This document shows, in pieces, positions 45,066 through 57,319 of a stretch of 64,000 bases of DNA. Within the stretch, counting starts at the first letter, position 1. Every line of letters starts with the position of its first letter. Under the pieces are notes generated by a model. The model saw nothing but the letters and a program-made list of their open reading frames with translations, did not search any database and was not told the origin of the DNA. A program made the translations under genes and the position numbers. Source of the DNA: the human T2T-CHM13v2.0 reference genome, Homo sapiens; the NCBI RefSeq assembly GCF_009914755.1, contig NC_060932.1; one strand, given 5' to 3'.

Positions 45066-45894
45066 GGACACATAACAGAAAATATTAACATAGAAACCAT
45101 CCAAGGTACCGTATCATGCCTTCAAGGGGCTATTGAGATGACTAAGACACTGTCCCCACCTAAAAGAGGTTCCGCTCATCTTCTTCCAGTTGCAGAAACA
45201 GGACAGATCCATGGAAGTTATTAGATATCACGTGGCAAGAAATGACTGCCAAATACACACAATAGGCACTTTCTTGAGCACGACAAAGTTTGGAGGAAGA
45301 AGAGAGGCCTGGAGCCAGGCACTGGGGAGGCCTTACAGATGATGTTCATCTCAAATGGGGCCATGAGGATGAGTGGAAATCAGAAACGTGGAATAGGGTG
45401 GGTATTCTCAAGAACAAACCCAAAGGCAGGAATGCTCAGGATGTGGCAGTCATCAGTGGGCTGTCTGGCTAAAACAGAGGCCCACAGGAGGGCAGGAAGA
45501 GCCCCAGGCTAGCTAAGACCTACCAGAGGCCCGAAGCACCCACCCCTCACAGATTTTCCTCAAACTTCAGGCATTTGAGCACTGTGTTCACGATTTTTGC
45601 CATATTTAAAACCATAGTACGATTTATTTATGATTTAGTTGATATGTTTTAAACTCACTTCTTTTTAACCTAGATTTTTAAAGGAAATTTTGTATTAAAT
45701 ATAAAGGGGAACCAGCTTCATCTGAAAAAATAAATTTTTTAAAAAATAAAAGAATGTTACTCAATTCGCAAAGCCTATAACTACCTCTAAACTCGAGACT
45801 TATTTCTATTAAAAAAGACGATAGCAAGTACTGAAGATTAAAAACATTCTAAAATTCTAAAACAGAAAATTCTAAAAGGATAGGGCAATCTATG

Positions 45895-46140
45895 TAATAA
45901 CTAATTTTATTTAGCACTTACTATAGCCACACAGTGTTCTAAACGCTTCTCCTTCTGTGTCATTTAATCTTCATAAAATAATACCTACCTCTCATCAGGG
46001 TATCATCAACCCCATTTTTCACCCTAGGAAACTAAGGCACAGAGACCTTAACTAGCTTGACCAAGGTCATGTAACTTGCCCAAGATCATAGAGTAATAAA
46101 TTTCAGGGTTGGGACTAAACCCAGGTAGTCTGTCTCCAGT
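45895..46140 (-). mobile_element. MIR
   Basis: ATTTAGCACTTACTAT...GGAAACTAAGGCACAGAGA...AACTTGCCCAAGATCA...AAACCCAGGTAGTCTGTCTCCAG. Confidence 0.8.
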
Positions 46141-48413
46141 TTGTATACCCACCCGCTAAAATTGAGCCAATCCCCACATGAAATAATATTTACGAAGGTT
46201 TACATGGTTAAGATCTGTTTGATGAACTAAAAGAAGAAGAGACCAGAAGACTATTACAACGATCCAAGCATCAGATCCTATGAGTCAGTGGAGCCGGGCA
46301 GGGGTCACTGTCATTAGCTGCAGGCAGCAGAGGGCCGCAAAGCAGGAGCTGGGCCCCTGCCCAGGGATCTGGCCAGAAGGCAAACCTTAAAGAAAGAGGC
46401 TAAGGCCCAGGTCAGAAATGCAAAACCTACTGTGAAAGAGAAGCGCTAGGAAAACCACCATCCTCAGGAGGCCAGAAATCAGAACTTGGAAGCGTGGACA
46501 AGTCGGAGAGTACTCCATAACCAGCATGTGGAGCAGCAGGGTCGCTGAAATGCCAGGCCCTGCCTCGACTCCCGATGGCACCCAACAGCCTCTTAAGATG
46601 TGACACTGCACAAGTCCTTGCACATTTCACTTCCAAAACATAATATTGATACGAAGACCTCAATTTTATTTGTAAATGGATTTCAGGTCTTTCAAGAGGA
46701 CAAAATTTAGCTGTACCTTGGCCTAAATCCCCTCTTTGAAATTCAAAGTACTCACTTAGGACTGGGATCTAATTCTCAGAGAAAGTATTTTAAAATTAAA
46801 ATTAAGCAATACATTTAAATGCTATTTCCAAGCTCTGACAGGTCTGAAACATCGTGAATACAGACGCCATTAATCCACAGACATCAAAATTGTGTTATTA
46901 CCTTAAATCTTCAAAAATCACTGTTTAGGGAAAAAAACAGGATAGCAGATAAAACTGTCAGAATAAGGAAAAAAAAACCTCTTTGAATAAAATTTTCTCT
47001 GCATAGTTTAAAAGACTAAAAAACTTAAAAACAAATGATCTGGAACTGCCCAATTTGATACTTAACTCAGGTTTTGTTAAATAAGCAGAAAAATTAGACA
47101 CTGTAGGTTTATGATTCACCCTTGAAAAAATGTGATTTCTTATTTCCCTGGAGAAAAACTTTAAGTGCATCAATAGATTTCCGTGGATATCAAATATTTC
47201 TCCATCATTGTGAGTAAATTATATTTGGATCAAAATCAGATGGATTAAATTTCTCTTAAGATACCCAAGAGATTTCTAAAATACAGGGAAATGTGTCACA
47301 TATCTAAAAACAGTATTTTAACCTAATACCTCCATGGAAATGTCTCTCAATTAGAATATTAGCCAGAAAACAAATCTAAAGTGAGTTTTAGATTTGACTA
47401 ATTCAAAGTAACTTGTTAAAACTAGATTGTCATCTGCTGATGTTAAGATCAAATTCATAATCTTTTGGGCCCTTTGAAAATCTCTGGAAATATGGCTTTA
47501 TATTTTTAACACAGAAAAAAATGTATCTGAGTGATAAGTTGGATGAGAGTCACAATTTAAATGCTATGTATGCAACAAAGAATGTAAGTATGGTTACGTG
47601 CTTCCAAATTCTTGATAAATGCACCCCCAGTCAGTGCCATCAGATTGGAGGCTTAATTATTCTCATCTGTGTTATTTTTGGCTTCCTGACTAGACTATAA
47701 ACTCCTTAAGAGCTGAGATTATTAACTTTTCTAATCATCCATTAGCACCGTGCTGAGCACATCTAGTCGTTCGGTAAATATTGATTGAATTCCTACTCTG
47801 TTCACGGCACTTTGGTGGGTGCTCCAGGGATAAGGTGATAGAGTGAACACAGTGCCCCCTTCACACGAGGAGCGGGTGGAATAAAACACAACCACACAAC
47901 CGTGTGATGGGCAAAGGGGGTCACAGCACACCGGAATGGAGATCACAGAGAGGGACCCCTCAAGCCCGGTCACCACTTCCTCTTGCCTGTTTGGTTCGAC
48001 ATGTAGTCCAACCTCCAAGGTTACACAATTTAATGCGAGGTCAGTGTTCAAAAAGTCCCATCTTTGCTTGAGAAAACAACTTGGTAGGATTTGGAAGTAA
48101 CAGATGAGACCCTTAGTGCACGGATGTTAGCCAGAACCCACGCCAAAAAGAAGTGCTCCATCTGTTTTGTGGGAGAAAAGATGACGTATGTTTTCTTAGG
48201 AGGGCGAAAGGAAGGAGGGCTGGGAAGGAAGGTGGACAGCTTCGCCCTCAAGCAGGGAGAAGCTGTGAAATGAGGCTGCCTTGGCAGCAGGAATAACCAG
48301 GGTTAGAGGTCCCCCTTCCGTGATGTGTGCAGTGTGGCCCCTCCCCCATCACTCCTTCCCCAGTCTTCAGGAAAGTCTAGGACATTCTCACCTGTGTTAT
48401 GGGTCAGGTTTTG

Positions 48414-48738
48414 TAGGGTTTGTTTTGTTTCGTTTGTTTGGCTTTTTCATTTTTTAGCAGCAGGGTTTCACACTACCACCCAGACTGGAGTATAGTGGCA
48501 CCATCACAGCTCACTCAGTCTTGACCTCCTGTGCTCAAGCAATCTTCCTGCCTCAGCCTCCTAAGTAGCTGGGACTACGGGTGCACACCACCACACCAAG
48601 GAAATTGCATAATATATTTTTGTACTGTTGGGGGTCTCACTTTGTTGTCCAGTCTAGTCTCAAACTCTGAGCTTCAAGCAGTCCTCTTGCCTTGGCCCTC
48701 ACAGCGCTGGGACACAGGCATGAGCCACCAAAGCCATG
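48414..48738 (-). mobile_element. AluJ (diverged)
   Basis: T-rich tail; CTCAAGCAATCTTCCTGCCTCAGCC; AGGTTTTG flanking both ends. Confidence 0.92.
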
Positions 48739-48777
48739 GATGAGGTTTTGATAGAAAATGAGACAAGAGTCAGCAGA

Positions 48778-48848
48778 GGGGGTAGAATTCGGGGTAGAAC
48801 ATTTGACTGCAGATCAAGAGGTCCCCGCTTCGAATCTGGGTACCCCCT
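48778..48848 (+). tRNA. tRNA-Cys(GCA)-derived sequence, probably a pseudogene
   Basis: GGGGGTA/TACCCCC acceptor stem; intact anticodon arm TTTGA-CTGCAGA-TCAAG; discriminator T. Damaged A box, damaged B box (GCTTCGAATCT), C-C mismatch in the T stem and no T4 terminator. Confidence 0.88.
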
Positions 48849-48864
48849 CAATTTCCTTTACATT

Positions 48865-49288
<424 letters not shown>

Positions 49289-49822
49289 TTAAGGATAGCT
49301 TCACGTTCCCATGGTAACGAACTAGGGACTAAGCCAAGGAGCAGGAGGCCCAAATGGCACGTGGGTTATAGAAGTCAGCTATGGGATGCCAGGTTCTGAC
49401 CACCAAAGGAACACCAGCAGCCTCAGAGCAGGCCCCTCCACGTGGAATCAGCCACTGCCCCATCCGCCTAGTTCTTATATGATGCCTCCTGATCAACCCC
49501 TTCCTGCTGTTGCTGTGGATGGCCCTCCAACTGGACCACGTGTGCAGCCCAGACAGGCCTGCTGTGTTGGCTTGGCCTGTGGCCCTGCCCTGCCCTGCCT
49601 CCATTTTAATCCATGTTGTGACATCCTGCCCAGGCATCTCCCTAGCATCCAACCTCAGCCTGTTTCCCGTTTGCTACTTCTCTGTCAAGACAGTTTATCT
49701 GGACTATGCCTTGCCCAACAGCCTTCTGCGGTATGGAAGACCTTGCACATGGTAATTAAGAAACACTAGTCTTTAGCAAGAAAAGCTGTAAACAAATTTC
49801 ACACTCAAGATGAGGCTGCCAA

Positions 49823-50138
49823 GGCCAGGCACGGTGGCTCACACCTATAATCCCAGCACTTTGGGAGGCCGAGGCAGGAGGATCGCTTGAGCCCAGGAAC
49901 TCAAGACTAGCCTCGGCAACATAGCGAGACCTCATCTCTACTAGAAATTAAAAAAAAAAAAAAAAAATTAGCCAGGCATGGTAACGCATGCCTGCAGTCC
50001 CAGCCACTAAGGAGGCTGAGTTGGGAGGATTGCGTGAGCCCAGAAGTTCAAGGCTGCAGTAAGCTGGGACTGTGCTACTGCACTCTAGCCTCCACTCCAG
50101 AGTGAGACCTTCTCTAAAAAACACAACAAAATTAAAAA
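49823..50138 (+). mobile_element. AluJ
   Basis: GGAGGATCGCTTGAGCCCAGG and AGGCTGCAGTAAGC diagnostics. Confidence 0.95.
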
Positions 50139-51205
50139 GAGACAGCTGCAGGCTGACACAGAACTGACAGTCCACAAAGCACAAGGCCCATGTGCAGTCC
50201 TGTGGAAAGAACCTCGGCTCCTGGAGGAAACCACAGCACGGTTCTCCTTCCAAACTGCCTGAGTTTCAACTATACTTTCAAATATTCAGATAGTGAAAAC
50301 AGGGTTGGTCTCTGTAAGAAATTTCAGGAAAAAAAAAAAAAAGATTTAAAAAAAATCTGCAAGAAGCCATCCCATAGAAATGAAATACTAATAAGGGGGA
50401 TAAAGTTAGTTCCTAGGCAGGGATATGGATTCATAATTGCCAGAGTAACTTCCCCTAGACTGAGAAAGAGAATGTCGTAACTGTATTAGCAACCCGTCTG
50501 CTAGGCCTCCATCTTCTTTCTCTGCCTTTGCCTCAAGGGGAAAAAGAACAGAGAAAAAGATGGGGGAGAAAAGCAAGTGAGACCATGCAAGAAAGAAGCG
50601 TGGCTTAGAGTTCTAATTCATCAGCTTCTGAGGAAAGGAGATTAATTTTGACGGGAAGAGAGAAAGTGCTAAGCGTAACACAAGAAAGCACTTAAAATTA
50701 CCGCAGGTCAGGAGGAAAAAAGAGCCTCTAGGAACTTCGCTTTCAAGCACTTTTCATAAGTAGCAAATTTATGAACAGAGAAGTTAGGTAAATAGCTCAA
50801 AGCTGCACAGCAAATTAATAGCAAGCCAAAACCGAGAATTCCTGAGCCCACTCTCAGGGGCCACAGTGGCTTCTCACCTTGGCTCTGATAAGAGAAGAAG
50901 CCCAGTTGACAGGGAAACACTTTGTGGCTTATGGGCATGACTGGATAGCCAAGAGCGCTGTAATGCTTAGCACCCAAGCACCAAATATGAAGGACTAAGA
51001 AAGGTTTTCCTTATGTTGTGCGGGGAGGGACACTGCGGGGAAGGAAAGAGATCCAAAGCTTCATGATGTGACACTTAAGACCAGTCAGTTTTAATAAGGG
51101 AGCTATTCATTTCTACCAGGAGCTCACGTCATGGCTGCTAGTGAGAAAGGCAGTAAGCTGCGATGTTCCTGTAATTAATGAGCTTTATTTTTCTAGAACA
51201 AACAT

Positions 51206-51498
51206 GGTCGGGTGTGGTGGCTCACACCTGTAAGTCCAGCACTTTGGGAGGCCTAGGAAGGCAGATTGCTTGAGCCCACGAGTTCGAGACAAGCCTGGGC
51301 AACATGGCGAAACCCTGTCTCTACAAAAAATACTTAGCCAGGCATGGTGGCACATGCCTGTTAGTCCCAGCTATGTGGGAGGCTGAGATGGGAGGATCAC
51401 CTAAGCCCAGGATGTCGAGGCTGCAGTAAGCCAAGATCCTGCCACTGCACTCCAGCCTGGCCCACAAAGTGAGACCCTGCCTAAAAAAAAAGAAAAAA
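51206..51498 (+). mobile_element. AluJb-like
   Basis: Full Alu dimer with an A tail. Confidence 0.95.
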
Positions 51499-52532
51499 GT
51501 ACCACATCATATGCTGAGCCAGGTGCTATCTCTCACCTGGTTCTTGACACCTATGAGCCTGCGGGCAACGCTAAACTCTGCGGGATGGGGAAGCAGTCCC
51601 CAGAACCTCCAGGTAGGATCCTGCCAGCACACAGCGGTGAATACTGGAACAACACGAATGTCCAGCACGCCTGCGGCCCTAGCACGGCTTCTAAGTGTGG
51701 CTCACATGAAAAGCTAGCGAGGGACCACTGGCTCCAAATGTGATCCCCATTTATTTTCCATTCAAGACAAACCTTGTTAAGGATAAGGAAGGCATCCATG
51801 TTAATTCAGCTGCAGGTGAAAATATTCCAACTTGGACTGCCTTAAGGAAAGAGAGGCAAAGAGAAACAGGGAGATAGACTGGTTGTTTTTGGTCAAAGAA
51901 TCCAAGGAAACGCTGAAGACTGAAGCCATGGGAAGGGCAGAAAAATGGTTATAGCTAAGGAGCCTGGGACCAGCTACCATTTCTGCCTCCTCCCGTGGGC
52001 CTCAGCCTCTCCTGCTGAAAGCAGATCTTCTGCAGGGTGCAGCACCGTGGCAGCTGCCAGCCCTAGACTTTCACAGTTTACAGCTCCCATCTCTGGAAAA
52101 CAGGCACACAAGCTGCAGGAAGCAGACGCTGTCCAGAAAGGGTCAGATGACCCACCCCAGGGGTCACTGGTGCCTGAGGGCAGAGTCCCAGTGGCCAGTC
52201 CAGCACCACAGCAACCATGTGAACGGGGCTGCGCCAAGGGTCCCCAGTGAGCCTACAGGACCCACCTCCATCACACTGAGCTCCACGCATGAATGTGAAC
52301 ATACACCCAAACCAACCATTCATACACACCTCTCTCACGTTTCAGCTTCCATCCTGGTCTCTACCATGGGTATTACACTCGATAGCAAACTGGCTGAGTA
52401 GGGAAGGAGGAGGAGGGTAAAGAGGAGGAAGAAGAGGGAAAGAAAAAGCAGAAAAGGAAATTTCAGAACTGCAGAGACATCTTTATAGTGCTCACCTCTC
52501 CCCATCCAAAACACCTGTTACTGTGTACTTAC

Positions 52533-52681
52533 CGGAAAACAGTGACTAAATTTTCCCAATTTGGCTTTAGGGCAGTTCTAAATTAAACTTTTATTTTTTG
52601 TGTTTAATTTCCTATGCTACTGCTCTTCGCAGAAATTGGTTGGGCTTAAATCCCAAAACCTTCAAGGAATTAAGCACAAAA
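52533..52681 (-). other. Candidate 149-nt non-coding exon
   Basis: Minus strand: acceptor ctaatattttcag|TTT and donor CCG|GTAAGT; unique sequence. Confidence 0.3.
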
Positions 52682-53035
52682 CTGAAAATATTAGTGAATA
52701 TTTTCACTAATATTAGGGTGAATAAGATGCTGTGAGATACATCTTGACATATATAAATACTGTAGCAACAACGTACAGAATTACAGACAGCTAACACATG
52801 GCCGGGGATGAGTAAATGGGACCAATGGACACCAACAGTCTCCTCCTAAATGGATAGCAAGAAATTGCCAGGTCCAGATTCCATGTGGCACTGAGGGCTT
52901 CCAGAAGGACAGGACTGTAAGAAACTTATTAATAGATGAGTTGTCAGAAGCCTCAGAAAGCGAGCGAGGGAGGGAAGAGTGAGGGAGGCTGAGAGGAAAA
53001 AGAGCAGAAAAGTAACTAGGAATAAAAAACAAAAG

Positions 53036-53179
53036 GGGTCCAGTCCTGGGGACTCATGGCTGTAATTCCAACACTCAGAGAGACTCAGGAGGGAGGGTCA
53101 CTTGAGCTCATGAGTTGAAGACCAGCCTGGGCAACATAGTGAGACTCTGTCTCATTTAAAAAAAAAAAAAAAAAAAAAA
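53036..53179 (+). mobile_element. FLAM / Alu left-monomer
   Basis: Single monomer ...CTTGAGCTCATGAGTTGAAGACCAGCCTGGGCAACATAGTGAGAC plus poly-A. Confidence 0.88.
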
Positions 53180-53599
53180 GGAGAAGGTAGTGAAAAAGAA
53201 TCCATGTATAAAATGACAAACAGTAGTACAAAATTTAGATTTTCTTCAACATCTTCCCATATCTTCCCCCTTTAGAATACACACATTTTTGAGTCTCTCC
53301 CATCTTTAAAAACCCTACCCCTTTTGAACCTGTTGCCTTATTTCCAGCCAAGCTGTTGAAAGAGAAGCCAGGATCTGCAGGTCTCCACACTTTCCCACCT
53401 GGCCATGGTGCCTGGCTCTCGCCCTCCCTCTCTTTGCCCATCATTGTTGGCAAAAGCTTTTGGTTGTCAAATGCAATGGCTGTGGCCGACCATCCATTTC
53501 TTCCTGATGTTCTCATTTCTCTTGGTTTCCTGAGTACTCTTTTTGCTTTTCTAACTACTTTTTCCACATAAACTTGGAGGCTCCTTGTCCTCTGCTCTT

Positions 53600-53797
53600 T
53601 TTTTTTTTTTTTTTTAAGTTCTGAGGTACATGTGCAGGATGTGCAGGTTTATTACATAGGTGCAGCAAACCACCATGGCACACATTTACCTATCAACCCA
53701 TTACCTACGTATTAAGCCCAGCAGGCATTAGCTTTTTTTTTCTAATGTTCTCCCTCCTCACACCCGGCCCCAGTGTATGCTCTTCCCCAGCCCCCCA
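53600..53797 (-). mobile_element. Short 5'-truncated L1PA (about PA8-13) 3' end
   Basis: Poly-T then AAGTTCTGAGGTACATGTGCAGGATGTGCAGGTT; 12-bp TSD TCCTCTGCTCTT at 53588-53599 and 53798-53809. Confidence 0.93.
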
Positions 53798-55630
53798 TCC
53801 TCTGCTCTTAAATGTTGAGATGCTACAACACTCATCCCTGCCCTCCCTTCTCCTGATGCTACCCACTCTATCGGAGCTGGGTGGAGACACTTGCGGAAAG
53901 GCAGGAGACTAGGAAAGTAGAACCCAGAGCCGGGAGGCACTACAGAGCCAGCCACCACTGTGGGTAAGGGAACCTCCCAGCCTCTGCTTGACTCTTTCTT
54001 CTGCCAAAAGGGAGCTCACTGCCCCGCAAAGAAATTCCCTTGCGATAAACTAGACTGGGGCAATCAGGAACAACACTGCCTGCAAGAAGCGATGGGAATG
54101 GAAGCTGCGTAAATGCACACCCATGTTGACCATCAAGAGTCATTTTGAGAGAATCTTTTCCCAAGAGGTTATAAGACTATGGGTTTAAGTAATAATCAAC
54201 CTTCCTGCTTCATAGGTGGACCCAGAGGCCAGTTCTCCCAAAAAGAAGGCTGGAGCTCAGGTGGAGTTGAAGGCCATGTGCACCTACAGCTTAGCCACGT
54301 GCCATACACCGCAGCTCTTGCAGGGAGTGTGGTGATGTCACGTAGCCATCAGTCACTCTTACAAAACAGGGCAACAGCATGACAGTACACTGTCCCCTAA
54401 GTGTCCCTACTGGACGCATCACACTGCAAAACAAACATTCTGTGCAACTGGCAGGAGCCAGGTACCATTCTAGGTTCTTTCCTTATTATCTCATCTATTC
54501 CCAGAAATAGCGACTGTCTGTTTTACAAATGAGAAAACTGAGGCAAATTTATCCAAGGTCACACAGCCAGTTAAGCACATGACGCACAGCTCTGACTCGC
54601 AGTCCAGACGTGAAGTCCCTGTGCTTTCCACCAAGCCAACATGCCCTTCACTAGAGAACACATTTCTGAATGTGCCTATTTATACTGAGGCGGCAGACAT
54701 CGACGTATGGTCATGAAAGGTCCTGTGGAGAGAGGTAATAAGCAAGCATTCATTTCCCAGCATCACACTCCACGGCATAAATGAGTCTCCATATCTTGGT
54801 ATTAGGAAAAGAGAGGAAAGTGGTACCCATGGGAGAAAAATATGAATGATGCTAACAGAATGCAGCAAACCCAATAAATCCAGAGAATAATATTGCTCTG
54901 TGATCTCCGTAGCAGTTATGCCGGGACTGAGAACCATCTTACGAGAGTTCTTTGTGGAACTTGTTATATCGTAAAATCATCTCTTGATGCTAGAACATAA
55001 AACAATGTCTTTTTTATGTAAACACAACCTTGGGGAAACTGCAGATAACTGTGGATCTCTTTAGGATATTTTCTTCTGTCATACTGGGAGCCATTTCTTT
55101 CACTCACCAATATTTTTACATATTTGTAGAAACACTTCTCTTCCATAAATATTCAACATGAATCATAATGCAGAAGCTAAAAACTCAGATCTCCTCTAAT
55201 AACTGCTTGGAAAGTCAGCCACTGGACACACATACACAGTCGTAATAAAATTTCTAAAGATGTTTGTGCTAGAAGGTAAAAACATAGCTTCCATTTACTG
55301 ACATTCATTAATATTAATACCTATTGGCCTGAATTATACTAAAAGAGTTTTATTGAACACACAACTTCCAAATACGATACTACAGAATATAAGCTCAATC
55401 ATTCTTTAGTTCATTTAACTAATGGTCATCATGTAACAGACATGCCTAGGTGTGGGAGGGATCCACATAAGTAAATAAGCTCTCATTAAATTTGCAATGC
55501 CATTATAGAGAAAACAGAAATACAATAATCACTATTATAAACTTAAATAAAAAGACAATATATGAAGTCTTCAAATAATATGAATGCATACCAAATGAGT
55601 AGTAAAGAAAATAAATGCTAGCAATTCCTA

Positions 55631-56015
<385 letters not shown>

Positions 56016-56280
56016 GGGGTGTATTATCAATAAAGCCATGTTCTGGGGAGAGATCAAGCAAGCTGGAAAATAATCAAATGTGAATGTAGAGATGCAGGAC
56101 ATAATATCTCTATCAATTAATAATCAATAAACACAATACCACAGTGGTTTACCTTTCAGTGATCAAAAAAACTTATTCACTTATTTCCTAACTCAGAGAC
56201 TCAGGTCATACTTCATCCCACTCTTTTCAGCGAAAGCAACAAACTTTTCAAAGCTAAACATTTTAAAACTCCCTTAGACA

Positions 56281-56561
56281 GGCTGGGTGCGGCAGCTCAC
56301 ACCTGTAATCCCAGCACTTTGGGAGGCCGAGGCAGGCAGATCACGAGGTCAGGAGATCAAGACCATCCTGGCTAACACGGTGAAACCCCATCTCTACTAA
56401 AAATACAAAAAATTAGCTGGGCATGGTGGCGGGTGCATGTAGTCCCAGGTACTCGGGAGGATAAGGCAGGAAAATGGTATGAACCCTGGAGGCAGAGCTT
56501 GCAGTGAGCCCAGATCGCACCACTGCACTCCAGCCTGGGGGACAGAGCGAGACTCCATTTA

Positions 56562-56593
<32 letters not shown>
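56281..56593 (+). mobile_element. AluY-like
   Basis: GATCACGAGGTCAGGAGATC, ACCATCCTGGCTAACACGG and GAGCTTGCAGTGAG diagnostics; long poly-A; TSD CTCCCTTAGACA. Confidence 0.96.
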
Positions 56594-56594
<1 letters not shown>

Positions 56595-57136
56595 CACCTC
56601 CCTTAGACAAAACAAAATGGAACTATGTAACTAAAAAGTGAAGAACTGTCACGTATAGAAAGCAACACTCCCCTAGATCCCTTAGAGATCAGTGAAGTCA
56701 TGTATCTTTCCATCATAAGGAAACACAGCAATACAAACTATAGGAAGAGTCAGAGAATCAAGGCAGGAAAGAAGGTTGAGGTCAAGAAGAAGTGAAATGA
56801 AAGTAATTTGTTCAGGGTAACTGTCAAGCTACAGAATTAATAGAAGTTATCAAAAGAACATGTTAGAACTACCCCAAATGCTACCGTTGATAGAAATACA
56901 GACAAAGAGTAGAAAGTGCCTTTAGAAGGCAACTAGATCTACATCTATCCATCCTCCCTGCTTTCTTCTGAGGCTGGCCGCAGCCAATGGCTCAAGCTCT
57001 AGGTCTTAGCCAATTAGAGTAAGAGTGTGTGGAGTAAGAGTTTGCAACCATGGTAGAATATCAAGAGATAGGAAGAACTTGGAAAAAAAAGAAAGAAAAA
57101 AGGACAATTCAAAAGAAAAAGTTGGTGAAACTATAG

Positions 57137-57317
57137 TAAGATTCAGCAAACCTTTTCTGTAAAATTCCAGATAATAAATATTTTAGGTTTTGAGGGTCAT
57201 ATGGTCACTATCACAACTACTCGATTCTGGTGTTACACTGAGAACGCAGACACAGAAAACAGCTAAAGCAATAAGCATGCCTGTGTTCCAATAAAACTTT
57301 ATTTAAACAGGTGGTAG
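57137..57317 (+). mobile_element. MER58A 5' part (3' part at about 60236-60279)
   Basis: CAGCAAACCTTTTCTGTAAA...TAAATATTTTAGG...CACAACTACTC...TGTGTTCCAATAAAACTTTATTT; the terminus TTTGCCAACCCCTG is found about 3 kb away. Confidence 0.85.
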
Positions 57318-57319
57318 AA

